Shown: in pieces, positions 39,740 through 54,194 of the stretch
Position numbering within the stretch: position 1 is the stretch's first letter
Layout of the letters: every line of letters begins with the position of its first letter
DNA from: Rhizophagus irregularis
Taxonomy: Eukaryota
Direction: 5' to 3'
Length of the DNA: 64,000 nt
Assembly: GCF_026210795.1 (NCBI RefSeq)
Contig: NC_089430.1
Coordinates: 1,860,001 to 1,924,000, forward strand
Notes under the pieces: model-generated
Told to the model about the DNA's origin: nothing
The model's database searches: none
What the model saw: the letters and a program-made list of their open reading frames with translations, nothing else
Position numbers and translations under genes: made by a program

Positions 39740-42641
39740 GAATAAAAAATATCAAGACAAATTATGTCGCAAAAGTTTACGCTGTTAAAATTGAATGGTT
39801 GTATTTAGGAATAATATTTCATTGTTTCATATAATAAGGGTATGGTATTTTATTTTTTGTGAAATTTTCACGTGAAAAAAAAAATAATAAATAAAATGAC
39901 GAAAAAAAGAAATACTTAATATTGATGCAATAAATCAATTCTTCTATTATTACATTAATATCGTTAGACTTGGCATCGTATTGTAGATTACGCATCGTAG
40001 ATTACGCATTATAATATAAACTTTACCAATTGTCTATTTAAATTGATCAGTAAGTGTATCATGTGATTGACAGATTTACGAATTCAATAACATTTTACCT
40101 AATAAACTTCTTACAAATGTTGTGAAAATGTTTGCCTTTTAAGAGCCTTTTTGATAGCGCCTTTTATTTAAAAGATGTTGAAACGATGTTGATCGATCGA
40201 TTGTTAGTTTGCAAATAATTCAAATGAGTAATTCCTTTGTCGTAATAATCAGCTTTTAAAATATACAATCACATGATTATTCGTTAAATTTATTTTAAAA
40301 GTAACAAAAGAAATAATGTTATATATCTGTTTAAAAAAAAAGTAAACCTTTATTACTTTGTTTATTTGTGTACAAATACATAATGCACAAGTAAAAATAA
40401 AGATTCCTTTGGGAGAATATTTATTTTACGCCAAAAATTGAGCAATCTTAAAAAGATTGATTTAAAAAAAATTTCCTTTGATTCTCCTATGTGTAAATGA
40501 CATTTTTTAGTTATTATTTTTTCTTTTTTTTTTATTTCAATTATTTATTTAATTATACTTTTTTTTACCTTATTTATTTTAGGATCGATCTTAAGCTTTG
40601 AAACGGAAGGAATGGATCGAAATGGAATGCTGATGGTAAGTAAATCTTTACCATATTTTCTTATTTCCGATCACTGTTCAATTATAAATTTTTTTTTCCA
40701 TTAAATTCAGAATGACCAAACTGATACTTCGTTGATGCAAATCCAATAAGTCCACTCTATAAAAAAAATTATTTTGTTTTATTATTATTAATCATACAAA
40801 TCAATGGTAAATTCTTATGTTTGACTTTGGAATAGACGAGCAGATACGTTGGCTGAAATAAGAAAAAACACGAGAAATTTTTCTATTATTATTTATTAGT
40901 AAACAATAAGAATATTTTTTTTTTTACCTTAAATTTGGTTTTTAACTCAAAATGGAAAAAATGATCAAAATAGATTTGCGGTAATTTGGTAAATGACTTT
41001 ATATTTTAACAATCAATTTATTACTAATTGATATATTAAAATATTTTTTTTTTTCACTATTTCAAAAGTGAATTTTTATCTTTTTTTTTAAAAAAAAAAA
41101 GTTGATTTGTTATCGAAATAGTAAAGTAAAATTTAAAAAAAAAAGAACTGGGCTGTAACTTAATCTAAACAAACAAGTTTACAACCGATTTGAAAGAGAT
41201 AAATGGTAAAAGATTTAATTGAATGTGAAATTCTTTCCTTTTGTCTTATATAAACATTAGATATACCATAATAGTAATTACTTTTCATATAATACATTTA
41301 AATTATTTAAATTAATTGAACTTTTTCTTATAATTTATCTCATCAAATATTAAAATTTTGTTAGTATTGGAAAATAATTTTCAAGAAAAAAAATTTAACC
41401 AATATTTAAATAATTTAAATAAAGAATATCTTGTAGCTTACATTACTTGCTTTGAAAATATTGATACCTGAGCTTGATGCTGGTTCTGTATCAGATTGAT
41501 ACAAAGAAGCCTCGGAGAAAGCATTTGTAAGGGGACAGTGAGAGATTCTTCGTCACTGAATAACTTATTTATATAACATTTACTTGTTTGATTATATTAT
41601 TAAGTTAACTTTGTTCACGTGTCATGATCGGCATTAAAAAATTGGTGACCAAAATTTTGGATTTCCCAACCCCCTATTTATTCTGCTTAAGCAAAGTTAT
41701 AATATTTTCAAATAACTTCCTTTCTTATTTCATTTATTAATATAAGAATAATTTTAGTAGTTTAATATTTTCCATAGGTAATAACGCAGTCAATTATTTT
41801 AAAGGCAACTTGCTTGATTTTATTTAAGATAATTTACAGTATCTTTGAGCGTAACTACCTTGTCATTATTAAATTTTTATAATTTTTTGAATTTTGAGAA
41901 AATATTTGCGTCATTAAATACCATTTTGTTTTTACAATAATTTATGTTAATAGAGTTATTAGGAAAAATGATGTTATAATAGATTGAAATATTTAATTTA
42001 TTGTTTTGTCATAACATTATTTTTTTTTATTTTTACAAGCAGTTGAAATTTTTATAATCTTAACCTACTTTAATGATGATTATATCATAACTGAATTCAT
42101 TCGTTAATACGAATTTTCTTCACATAATAATAATGGAAATTACTTCTTTTTAAAATTTTCTGTACAGATTTATAGTAACTAAAACTAATTGGTCAATACA
42201 TTTTTTTAAAAATTTTTCAACCTAAATAATTTTAACGTGATTGATTCTAATTATAATTTTTAATGCATGCATGTTGTTACTGATGATGATATTGATTGAC
42301 TGTACTGTATTTTTCAAAATTCAATAAAGTACCTATATCAGATATAGTATAATGGAAATAATTTTGGCGTTTGATAATCGACACAGCTTTTTTTTTTTGT
42401 GAAACAAGTATTTTGGTTTTGGTTTGGAGTTTATTGAAAAGGAAATTTATAATCAGTAGTGATTTCTGTGATCATCAGCTGATTTCTTGAACGCTTTATT
42501 GTTTTTGCCTAAATTAAAAATGATTTTGTCAATCGCTGCTGTGCAACAGTAATACGTTTTTAAAGCCGTCTTTTTTTTTAAAAAAAAAATATTTTTTTTA
42601 CTCGTTTGATATAAAATTGAAGTCACATTTATTAATCCAAT

Positions 42642-44340
42642 ATGGAAAAGTTTATGCTCAATGATGATGTGTTTGAGCAAATAAAAGATTTTAACCATTG
42701 GAACCTGACTGAAGAACAAAGTTTGTTAATTGATAAGTTAATATTAAATGAAGAATTTAAAAAACGTTATAAAGAAAATGGTTCATGCAAAGAATGTAAG
42801 CAACCTAGAGCTTCTCGTGATTGGTGTCAATGTAAATTTCAACAAAATTTTAAAAATTGGACTAGTGGAAATCATGAAGTTGACAATCTTATTCAAAAAG
42901 TACAACTTAAAGCTAAAGATTATCAAGAAGTTTTAGAATGGATTGAATATGATAGATTTGAAAATGTTGAATACTTGGCAAAAGGAGGATTTGGAACTAT
43001 TTATAAAGCAATTTGGAAAGATGGACTTATAGATAAATGGGATTTTGAGAATAATAAATGGATAAGAAGTAAATTTTGGTTTAGGGAATATGAGAATTTT
43101 CCAGTTGTTTTAAAATGTTTACATAATTCTCAAGATATTACATCCGATTTTTTAAGAGAAGTAAGTTACTTATTTATATATAGTAATTTCAAGATATTGT
43201 CCTATTATAAATGTTAAACTGTCTATTAATTATTATTATTATGGATTCTTTTTTAGATTGAAACCCATATTATGATTCCATACACAGGTTGTATAGCACA
43301 CTGTTTTGGCATTACTAAAGATCCAGAATCTAGAAATTTTATAATAGTAATGGCATATGTAATAAATGGTAGTTTAAGACAACATTTAAATAATAGTTTT
43401 AATTCAACAAAATGGGATGAAAAGTTGAATATTTTAAAAGAACTTTTATTTAGCCTCAAATATATTCATTTAAATGGGTTAATTCATCGTGATTTTCATT
43501 GTGGTAATATATTAAAAGAAAGCGAAATTATTTTAATTGCTGATTTAGGATTATGTCGACCAGCAAATGTAAAACCATCTCAAAATGAATGTAAAGAACT
43601 ATATGGAGTATTACCCTATGTAGCACCGGAAGTTTTAAGAGGAAAAGAATATACTCAAGAAAGTGATATATATGGATTTGGAATTATTGCATATGAAGTC
43701 TGTACAGGGCTTCCTCCTTATCATGATATTGCTCATGATAAATTCTTAACTATTAGCATTTGTTAAGGACTTAGGCCAAAATCAAATTATAAAATTCCTC
43801 AATTAATTCTAAACATAATTAAACAATGTTGGGATGCTGATCCTTTAAAACGACCTAAAGCTAAAGAATTATATAATTTATTAAAAGATTTATATTATTC
43901 AAGTAGTGATCATGAAATCAAAAAGCAAATTGAAGAAGCAGATAAAATTAATGAGAAGTTAACATCATCATCATCATTATATACTGGTCCTACTCTTTCA
44001 TATACTACAAATCCTCAAGCAATTTACACGAGTAGACTTTTAGATTTTAAAAATCTTCCAGAACAAAAAAATGCTATTGATAACAAGGATGATGATAATT
44101 CATTTGGAGAATATTCAGGTAATTCATTTCCTATTTTAACTTTACAAAAGCATTCTTTAAAGATTTTATTGATGTATATCATTATTTTTTTATATATATA
44201 TATTATAGAATCAATAGAAGCAATAGATTTTACTAAACTAGACCTAGGTACTTATATACATTAACTTTTTACATGATTTATTTTATTAATAATATTATTT
44301 AATAATTTATTTTTCACTTATAGATAAAAGTAACCGAGTT
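42642..44340 (+). pseudogene. TKL-type protein kinase with a single premature stop
   Basis: Exon 1 is 42642-43160 (AKGGFGTIY, VVLK). Exon 2 starts at 43257 (HRDFHCGNIL, DLG, PYVAPE). TAA at 43764-43766 is followed in frame by GLRPKSNYKIPQLILNIIKQCWDADPLKRP. The 3' end is approximate. Confidence 0.85.
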
Positions 44341-47300
44341 AAAGAAAGGAAAGGGATCTTGGGTATAAATTTCTTTATTATTTACTATTTATTTTCTTTA
44401 ACATTACTATAGTATGATATTTTATTGGAATATATTTTTTATGATTAAATAAAGTATTTATAATTATATGACAAATAAATATAATGATTTGTATGTAGTT
44501 TGTTATAAAAATGTAACAAAGTAAAAATTACATTGTATTTTATATTATGTTAATTTTATTATAATGTTACTCAACCAAAAAGTAGGATAAAAATCTATTA
44601 TGACCTGGCTCAAATTTGGATCGGATACCCGATCTGAGCTGATCCACTAATTAGATATTTGACAGTTGAAATATGGTGATTAGTAGGTGAAAACTAAAAA
44701 CACTAGGGGGAATGGTAAATAATTCGTGTTCGAATTGGAACTAGTAACAATTGTAATGGTGATAATTATACTTCCTGCTGATGATAGTAAAGTTGATTTA
44801 TATGTTGATAATATGAGTGTTTTGCAATGTTGGAAAAACTTTGATAGATAATTAGAATTTTACTGCCGTATGCAGTAGGACTTCATCCCTATAGTTAATT
44901 TTATTTGTATTGTTTAAGCAAATAAACTAAATAAATATAAATTGCAGTCTTTTTTTAATTTTAATGAAATAAATTCTCAGGTCTGTACTAGTTTCCATTA
45001 ACAATTAATAATAAAATAAATTATATGATTTAATTTTAAAAATAGTAGGTTTTTTTAACAATAAAATAAAATTTACGTTTTGTTTGATCATTGAATAATT
45101 TTATAGGTAATTCGTATTATTATTGTATAGCCATTAAATTATCCATTTAATTTTTTTTTTATTTTATCTTGCGTAAAATAGCCATATACGAGATACATAT
45201 GAAATCAAAATAATTTTATGACTATTATGAAAATTAAAACAATTGAAGTTTTTATTTTATTAAAAAAAAAAATGTCCAAAAGTAAAAGAAAAGAACTCTT
45301 TTACTAAGTACAATTAAAATTCATTTTTTAGGTTTAAGCCAGGTTGAAGATTAAGATCAGGCTGCAGATGTTTAGAATAGTTATTTATAACATGAAACCA
45401 TGACATACCTGCGCCTGATCAATGAGGATTATTTTCGTAATTATGAATAGTTATAAATTTACGTTATCCTAGAATGAAAAATATATAGAACAAATAATAG
45501 TAAGTTATATAATTAAACCTGGAAATTTTGCTATTAACTAGAAAATATTTTTTTGTGTTGGTAATTATACTTCGATCGTGAAACCATTTGTATATATTTA
45601 TTTCTTTATTGGCAAAAAATTAAAAAGCTTATTTTATGTACTTTAATATCATTATTTATTATAACAAACTATTAAGGTATTACATTTTACTTACTTTCAC
45701 TATAATAGTTAACAATATTATATTTGTTTCTAAATAGCTTTTGTTCTTATACATTACAAATATTGTTATAAATACTACAATATGTATTATGCCCATTGTG
45801 TTATGGTTCAAATCTTTCCAAGTTCTAGGTTGGTTTAGCAAATTTTGTGCTCTAATGTCATCATTAATCTTTTCCAATGATTTAAATTTGGTGGTTCCTC
45901 TAATAATACATCCTTTACAAACCTTATTTTGTTGTTGATATGACATGTTAACAATTTTTTTAGAAAAGAAAGGTGTGGATAATCATGTGGCGCGGATCAT
46001 GTATAACATGGCGACAAATCAGGTTAGAATAATTTGGTTGGCTATAATCTATGAAGATTTCGTGACTAAATCAGTTCCGGTTAATGAAATTTTTGATTGA
46101 ATTTTTGCTAATGAAAAGGTTTGGTTTTCTTTGGAATGATGCGGTAGCAGAAAAAATTTTTGTTTTTTTTTTAAATTGAAATTTTTTATTTTCAAATTTA
46201 TTTTTTTTTTTCAGTTTTTTTCAAGCTTCTGATTTTTATTTTTGATTATTAATATTTTTATTTTATTTTTTTTTAGTTCTTTATTTCAAATCGAAAATAA
46301 AATTTTAATTATTTTTGTTATTTTTTTTGATACTAAAAAAATAAATCTTTAATCATTTTTTTTATTTTTTTTTCGGTCAAGAACTAAAAATTAGTTTTTT
46401 TTTTTTAAAAAAAAAAAATTAGTTTTTTTATAAACTTACTAAATACTAAATAAATAACCGATCTTTCTCTTTCATATAACACTTGCTAGAATTACATAAT
46501 GTTGTCAATTTTTCAAAGATGATACTAAATACTTATATGATTATCATTATTTCTTAACTGACAAATTAAAATTTCATCATTTAATAAGAATCTTTTTTAT
46601 GATAAAGCTAAAAACATATACTATATACATAACATTGGTTATTTATTAGGATCACTCCATAATTAATAATAAATAATTGTAGATAGTATTTATCGCAAAT
46701 TTTAAATTTACGATTTTTCTAAAAAACTTATTATTAAACAAGTATGAACACAAATAAAAATAGAATTAAAATTTCAAAGTAATATACTGTATAGTGTAAT
46801 AAAAAAAAATCCTTATGTAACCATGTTCAAATAAATAACAAAATACACAGATAAATGTATTTCAGCGAGTTTGGAATCTAGACTAAATAAGGTTTAAACT
46901 TAAAACTTAGTGTGAAATTATAATTTCAGTTCAAACGAATATATGAATGAAATATCAACTTGTAATTATATGTGTCCATATTAAGGTCGTACTTTCGTAA
47001 CAAAAGAATCTCTGATTTACAGTATTAATTAGTAAGATTATAATTATTCCTGTAAACCTACAATGTGAAGGAATAAAGCCTACGAAAGAATTGAAAGATG
47101 CATATCTTTCTAATTATTTCTTTATTCCAATTAAATCAATAAAAATAAAAGTAAATAATAATAATTTGCAGATTTGTTTAATACATTTAATTTTAATAAA
47201 AGAAAATGAATGTTAGCATTCCAAAAACAAAGATCGTTCGTCAGACATCCAGGAAAACGAGTTGATGTGGAACTCCTGAATATGTCATCAACTATGTCGA

Positions 47301-50300
47301 TGCCAGTCCATGTTCATCATATGTGTTACTATTGGTATGCATTGCGATTAGAGTAGAGCTTTCCAGCTCGTTTGCAAAAATTCTGTCAATAATAGAATAC
47401 AGATGATGTAATTCAATTGACGTTCTTGATTTGAAGAAATCGATTTCATGATAAAATTCTCTGTAAACTAGATTTTATAATAAAATTATATCAAAATTAT
47501 TAATTGGTTTAAAACATGAAAAATATTTTATTTTTCGCTATTTAATACTATTATTTAGAATAATTCAATTTTAAATAATGCCAGCCGGCAGTAAACCAGT
47601 TTAATTCAATATTTCTTTTTTTCATATAAATTTAAACGGTTATTTTGGCTATTTTGAATACAGTAACCTTGCAATGTCCTAATGGCTTACTAGTTGCACC
47701 ACACATAAGAAATTTCATTTGATACATGTTTTTTTCTTCCAAACGAAAGATTTTATCTGTTATAGTTTGTAAGTTCATAACAAAAGTCATGATTTTAACA
47801 ATCTTTGCAAGAAAATAGATAATAGTCTACATGAATTTCAGCTATTCTTCTTTAATCACAAGTATAATAAATGGAGTCTATAACTGAAATAACAAGAAAA
47901 AAAAGTCGTTAGTATGGCTGGTACCAGGTGGAAGAAAAATCAACCACCATAGCGTAAAAAAAAAGTCTCCAGAAAGGTGATGGTATCATACTCAAGTGGA
48001 CACCCTAGAACTTGCACAATAAAGATTTTTTTTTGTTTTTTTTTTATTTTTGTTAATTTTTTTTTCTTTTTTTCATTTCTTTTTCTTTATTTTTTCATTT
48101 TCATTTTTTTTCACCTTTTTTCTTTTTTTTTTATATTTTTTTTTTCTATTATTCTGTATTTTTTTTCATTTTCATTTTCATTTTCATTTTTTTTTTTTTT
48201 ACCTTTTTTTCTTTTTTATATATATTTTTTTCTTTTATTTTTTGTTACTTTTTTTTAACCCCTACTGTAATGGTCCTTTGGGATACCACTGACAATATGA
48301 CACCATGCATACAAGCCAGGTGCATAGGCTAACCCTCCTCCAGGAAAGCCAGTTTCTCATATATACTCCCTTTCAACTTTTTTTATCTGTAAGCCTGTAT
48401 CATTAAAACTATGCAAGCAGGGAGCGCATGCTTACCTTAATATTGGTCTACCATAAATCTTAATTTGTAAATACAATCCATACTGTATTACATTCTTTCA
48501 TCTTCAGTAGAAAATTCAAGATTATATTCTTTATTTTCAACCTTTGTAACATTGACCTTAAATGTTGAGTTTGAGTATTGTTTATTGTTATTTCATTACC
48601 AACCAAGAAAGAATTGTCACAAGTATTGCCTAAAATTAAAAAAATAAAAAAAATTTTATCTTGAATATATTTTTCCATAAAATAATAAAATGTATCTTTT
48701 TAATATTGAAAAAACAAAAGAAGACCTAAAGAACCCATCTGGTAAAAGATATTCTTGGTTTATTAGTTTCATCTGACAAGTTACTTATTGAAGAGAAAGT
48801 TCGTAAAAAGGAAAATTTCATATTGAATATATTTTTCCATAAAGTACGAGTTTAATTTCTCTAAGTTCGTGAGTTTGTGAGTTTGTTATATGAATATATT
48901 TATCTGAAGTTTTTGATAAAAAAATGAAAAATGAAGTATTGAGAAATTTGAGGGAGTTTGGGTATATTTATACTTTTTTAAAAAACCTTTTACACAGTAG
49001 ATGATATGTGGAACTTCGATGTACAAAATTTACAAGATCAAGATTTGTTTATATATTTTACTATATTGTTTCATAAAAAAAATAATGACTCATAAAATCT
49101 TGAATCTTGATAAAAAAATCTGATCTTGATAAAAAATATCTCAATTTTTTTTAAAAAAAATGTAAAAAGAAGTTTAATATTGAAAATCCTCATGAGTCAT
49201 TACTAATATTTATAGGGGTATATCGATCGTGAGTCACATTTATCACATCGATCGATTCCTAATTTTCTATGTATTAAATCTGGAAACTAGTAATATGAAT
49301 CCTTTTAACTTCATTGCGGAATCTTAAAATATTATATCATAAAATTATCATGTAAAAAAAAGGAAATAATCACAAATAATAAAAATTCAACACTAATTCA
49401 ACACGAAATACGCTTGATACTTTAAGAATATTAAGTATGAACTCTAAATACGGGTTCTTATTTATGACGTTTCAGTACTTATCAAATCTCCCTGTTAAGC
49501 TTTCTATGCTTTCCTTGTTAGAAAGATCTATAACCTCGCATGCTAAGAAAGCAACACTCTGTAGCGTATACGCTCTTGGCGCTCCTTATAAGGATGCCGC
49601 AGAAATAATTTTTTTTTTTAAAAAAAAAAGTGATTTTTTAATTTTATAGTACTTTTGTTTTTGTTACAATTTTTAAAAAATTAACAATTAGAGTTAAATA
49701 ATAATTTACATTTGAATTAATTTTCACAATTTCGCAATAAACTTCTACTCTCTTCTTCATTTTCACTTATCAACACTTTAAAATTTCGAAAATTATTTTC
49801 CTTTAACTTTTTAAACTCACTTAAAAACCTTATAAGTTTTCTTTCATAATGTCGTTCTATAATATGAACGGTAATAAAAAAAAATTGTTCAATAACCTTT
49901 GATTCAATTTTAATATCATGCTACGCTACTCCATCTATTTATTTTTACGGTTATTGATGCAGGAATTACTATCTCTGTTCCAATATTTTAAGTAAATTTT
50001 TCTTTCTCTGAATAATATTCTACATGTTTCGCTGTTTCTCAAGTATTTCTATAAATTCTTCGATAAAGAGCAATATAATCTAAAAGTTCATCTATGAAAA
50101 CTAAACATAATTTAATTTCATTATCAAATCAAAATTAAAGTGCAACATATAAATCTCACCCAAGTAATAACTTATCAAGGTTACCTTCAAATTTGAGAAT
50201 CGAAGAAGAATTTTCTTCAAAAGGTCACAAATCATTTTTAATTAAAAGGAAATATTACATTAATGCACTCGGATATCCTTAGCGACTATCAAATTTGATT

Positions 50301-50813
50301 CTTATTCTTCGCAGTTGATCAATTGACACTTTTGATTTTCTTAGTAAAGAAAAAATAAAAAAAAAATCGATTTCTATGATCAACTGATAAAATTACTGTA
50401 GGTTTGTAATTAACACCCTGCTAGAGTTAAATAAAACGGGATTGCGGTCAAACGTTGTAAATTAATTATAAATTAAATAAAAATCACGTGAAAATTTGTG
50501 TATATTTCATAAATAGAGGTGAAAACGTAGATCAACTGGATTATGCATTCATGTGAAAAATTACGCCGACAATATAGTTGATCACAAAAAATATTAAGAT
50601 TATTCGATTGTCATTTCTATTGTTTTGAATATTATTTGTTTCACCTTTTGAATTTGCACTTTAATTTCCTTTTTTAATCTCATTTTGAATTGCAAATCGA
50701 TTGTATTCATTGTATTCATTATTTGATCAGCTGATGTTTTTGTTTCCGTATAAGGAAATTTTTTTTTAATATAAATAATACGTAAATTTCTTTAATAGCA
50801 TTTTAAATTAACG

Positions 50814-51902
50814 ATGAACTCTCCACGAAGCACCCAAAAAATAACTGATAAAGTTGAACCAAAAAATGAATTTCTCGCACATGGAAATATTAAGGATTAC
50901 TATAATTCACGGTCCAATGAATGCAAGATATATGCCTTCTCAATGGACTATGCAGAAAAATTAAATTCCAATCCAACTTCTATAATCTGGGAACAACCTA
51001 CTCCGCATGGATTGGCCTCAGCAATCATCAATGCGTATACCCTTCATCAACACCTTCGATTCTCACCAGATGATGTTTGGTTAACAGTTGCACAGGGTGT
51101 CAGTAATCACATTTGGAGAAACGCCTACCGTTTTCGTCATTTGTTTGTTGACCATAAAGGTAAAAAAGAAATCTACCTGGACGCTCGTGATATTATAGAT
51201 CAAGTTGGTGGAAATTTTGTCGGTGATTGGCCACAAGCAATTACTCGACTTTCGGATACAGTTGATGAAAAAGTTAAAAAAGTTGCCTTAAAAGAAATTT
51301 TCGAATGTGATTTTTCTACTTCAACAAATACATCTATTATAGTCAGTCGAATTACCTTGTTAAATGCGATGAAAGAATTTTTTATCCTTAGATTGCGTGG
51401 TGGATGTGGTATTCCAAAAGTTACCCTTGATGGCACCTTAGAAGATTGGTTACACCTTCAAGAAAAAGTTGCAAATCTTCGTAATTTAGGATTGGAACTT
51501 GATTTCTGGCTCGATAGGTTGGAACCGGTCATTTCTCAATTCATTACCACTTATAAAGGAAACGTTGATGAAAACTTTTGGAATATGGTTGTTTTTCAAG
51601 CTCCTATTATTGGACCCAGTGGTTACAGCAGCGAAGAACTTGGTACACGTCCTCGTTGGGATGGATGGATAAGTGCATTATTTCCATACACTCAATTAGG
51701 ATGCTATCCTTCTGATATACCTTCTGGATTGGTTAATGTTCCATTCACATTGAGCATTAATAAAAATAACTTCCAATTAAGATTTGTTGGAGGGTTTCTA
51801 GGTTGTAGACAAGATAAGATTGATGAAGAATATGTTGTTTCGCCTGTTATTGGTTGGTATATTGATGATAAAAAACTTTCTCCAAGGGATTTAAGGGATT
51901 GA
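50814..51902 (+). CDS. DUF4419-family protein, intronless, 362 aa
   Basis: Recognised from the motifs AIINAYTLHQHLRFSPDDVWLTVAQG, CDFSTST, CGIPKVTLDGTLEDW, GWISALFPY and VVSPVIGW. Confidence 0.85.
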   Translation: MNSPRSTQKITDKVEPKNEFLAHGNIKDYYNSRSNECKIYAFSMDYAEKLNSNPTSIIWEQPTPHGLASAIINAYTLHQHLRFSPDDVWLTVAQGVSNHIWRNAYRFRHLFVDHKGKKEIYLDARDIIDQVGGNFVGDWPQAITRLSDTVDEKVKKVALKEIFECDFSTSTNTSIIVSRITLLNAMKEFFILRLRGGCGIPKVTLDGTLEDWLHLQEKVANLRNLGLELDFWLDRLEPVISQFITTYKGNVDENFWNMVVFQAPIIGPSGYSSEELGTRPRWDGWISALFPYTQLGCYPSDIPSGLVNVPFTLSINKNNFQLRFVGGFLGCRQDKIDEEYVVSPVIGWYIDDKKLSPRDLRD

Positions 51903-52171
51903 ATTATTTTTATACAAAGTTTCTTTTTTCTTCTTTCTTACAAATCCACAATTATTTTATTATTGTGTTTTCAATTATTATCAAATTAGTTTTATTACAA
52001 TAAATTTAGCTAGTGAATTTTGATTATTTTCATTTTTTATAAATATTTATTATATTGAATGTACAGTATATCTGAAATTATAATAAAATTCATACTTTAC
52101 TTACGAACCTTAACTTATGCATCTTGCAACTGATATGAGATCTTTTCCATAATTGATCTTTCAATCAAAAT

Positions 52172-52550
52172 GAAGAGGGGTCACGACTCGTTTATCCGTA
52201 ACCCGTTTACCCTGTAAAAAAAGTCTATCCGTTTTTTATATTCCAACTTTTTTTCCGTAAAAGGCTCATATTTCCAGAATTAATAACCTTATATCACGGA
52301 ATTTTTTGAATTATTTTCATTTTTTTGTGAATGGAACCGTGAAAGGCACATTCTTACGGATTATTTACAAAAAAATAACGGATAAAATTTTTTATAGGGT
52401 TAATCGGATACAATCCGGGTATATTAGGGGAATACAGTAACAAATGGGTAAAAATGGCTGGCCGTGTTTGTATCCGTTTTTTATGTTGATACAAATATAC
52501 CCGAGTAAAGCCGGGTTATCTACCCGGGTATGCCCCGGGTAATTACTCTA
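52172..52550. mobile_element. hAT-like relic with 8-bp TSD, hosting a nested MITE
   Basis: Direct repeat ATCAAAAT at 52164-52171 and 52551-52558. Right end ...CCGGGTAATTACTCTA; subterminal ACCCG/CGGGT repeats; left TIR degenerate. Confidence 0.65.
52210..52399. mobile_element. MITE family B (CCCT[G/A]TAAAAAA termini), nested copy
   Basis: Termini CCCTGTAAAAAAAGTCTATCCG / CGGATAAAATTTTTTATAGGG. Related in inverted orientation to 57415-57604. Confidence 0.8.
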
Positions 52551-53067
52551 ATCAAAATTAAAGCTTTCCAGAATCAAAGGTTTATATAAATTACATTTAG
52601 GAACTTTACTAGAAAAATGGACCCTGAAACAATGAAACATGTATCATTAGTGATAGTCATATAATTTTTTAATTTTATTAACATTGACCAAAAAAAAATT
52701 AAATTTTTCGGTCAGAATTAAGTAATGTGTTGTCAGTCACTAATAATGAGCTTTAGCAACGCTTATTATATAATACTTTATTTTTTAAAGTTTAACAATG
52801 TCAAAGTCTTAATAAATTCAATAAATATCTAATACTCAGATATATAAACGGGTATAAATGGGTATTTCCCGTTATGGAGTTGTTATGATCCGGATCCAGA
52901 AATTCTGCACAGTCAGTTATTTAGCCAGAGAAGGTTAGTCTTGAGTGCAATTGTCACCGTGAGTCATAACTTGTAACTGCATTAATAACGTTAAATTCCG
53001 AATGATGCCGCAATTGAATTAATCAATATTTAAAGACAAAGCTTTCTTACATTTTTTTTCTTGAATA

Positions 53068-53273
53068 ATGGATTATATAAGTAAGAGTCACAGAGTCATT
53101 GATTTATCTGCTAGAATTTATTCTATTAATTAACTTCTAACCTTTTTTTATTTATTTAAGCTGATGCGTGCTCGTTTATGAATTGTGGCAAAGAAACGTC
53201 ATGCATTGTCTGCGGGAGTAAGCGAGGCGGTGGGGCATGCCGTGAACATTGTACATGCGGTAATTGTAAGTAA
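53068..53273 (+). CDS. Cys-rich micro-peptide 1, 41 aa: MDYITDACSFMNCGKETSCIVCGSKRGGGACREHCTCGNCK
   Basis: Exons 53068-53080 and 53161-53273 total 126 nt. GTAAGA...TTTAAG intron. Homologous to three downstream copies. Confidence 0.8.
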
Positions 53274-53700
53274 AATCTCTTTTTTATTTTCGTAAATCAT
53301 AATGACTCAATGACTCTGTGAAAAAAGAAAATGAAAAGTTATATTTCTATCATTTATATCCATATTTACAATAAACAAATTTTTTATTTTCAATTTATAA
53401 ATTTTTATAAAACGTAATACGTTATTATAAACTGAAAATTTTATACTTGATAAAAAATATTTCCATTTGCAAAGATGTATATAAAATTGATGAGAGGATT
53501 ATTTTGAGCTAAACTAAAAATAATTTCCTGATGTCAAAATGGTCTTTATACTATTTGTTTTATTACCTCCTATGTTACTTAGAATTTCGCCATGGTCAGA
53601 ATGAAAGTTTAGGTAAAATACTTATGATTTTTAGTTTAATTTATAAATAAGTAACTTGCCTTATTGTATCGTAGTTATTTTAAAAGTCAAGATACTTTAA

Positions 53701-54092
53701 CCATTTATCGCCGTTTTCGAATTGGTGTGATCGTCGATCAATTTCTATAATTGACTCAAAATAAAATCAATATCATTTGATCTGTGTAATGCTAAGCCAC
53801 CATCGTATAATATTCACCTTTTATTTTTGTTATAGCTTATAAACCGATTCCTAAAGACCTGATTGATTCCTATAGATTCCAAAGTTTCTTAATAACTCCA
53901 ACCAAATAAAAGATAATACTTTTTCATTTTATTTTTATAATTTCTAACTATTTTTTCGTTTCTATCTATTTTTTTCATTAGTGTAAATAAGCTGTATTTG
54001 TATTTCTTGTTTTTGGTTGCTTTCGGTATTCGCAGTTTTATAAATAAAATATATCACCTGATCACAGTAATTCGAAAATGGCGATAAAAAGT
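53701..54092. mobile_element. piggyBac-like MITE flanked by TTAA
   Basis: TTAA|CCATTTATCGCCGTTTTCGAATTGGTGTGATC ... GATCACAGTAATTCGAAAATGGCGATAAAAAGT|TTAA. Confidence 0.7.
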
Positions 54093-54194
54093 TTAAATGA
54101 AACATCACATATTGTAAATATTACTTGGCTAGACCATAAAGAAAAATTCAAGAAAATTCTAATGGCGCTATAGTATTGATATTAATATTTCATA

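Noticed and set aside
45680..45946. 88-aa ORF MSYQQQNKVCKGC...
   Set aside because: Plausible start but no recognisable domain or supporting paralogue in the window.
47977..48292. Phe-rich ORFs of 93 and 80 aa
   Set aside because: Artefacts of a poly-T low-complexity tract.
52941..52950. GAGTGCA (reverse TGCACTC), matching the animal metal-response element core, upstream of peptide 1
   Set aside because: Not conserved upstream of the other three copies, and MTF-1-type regulation is not established for this lineage.
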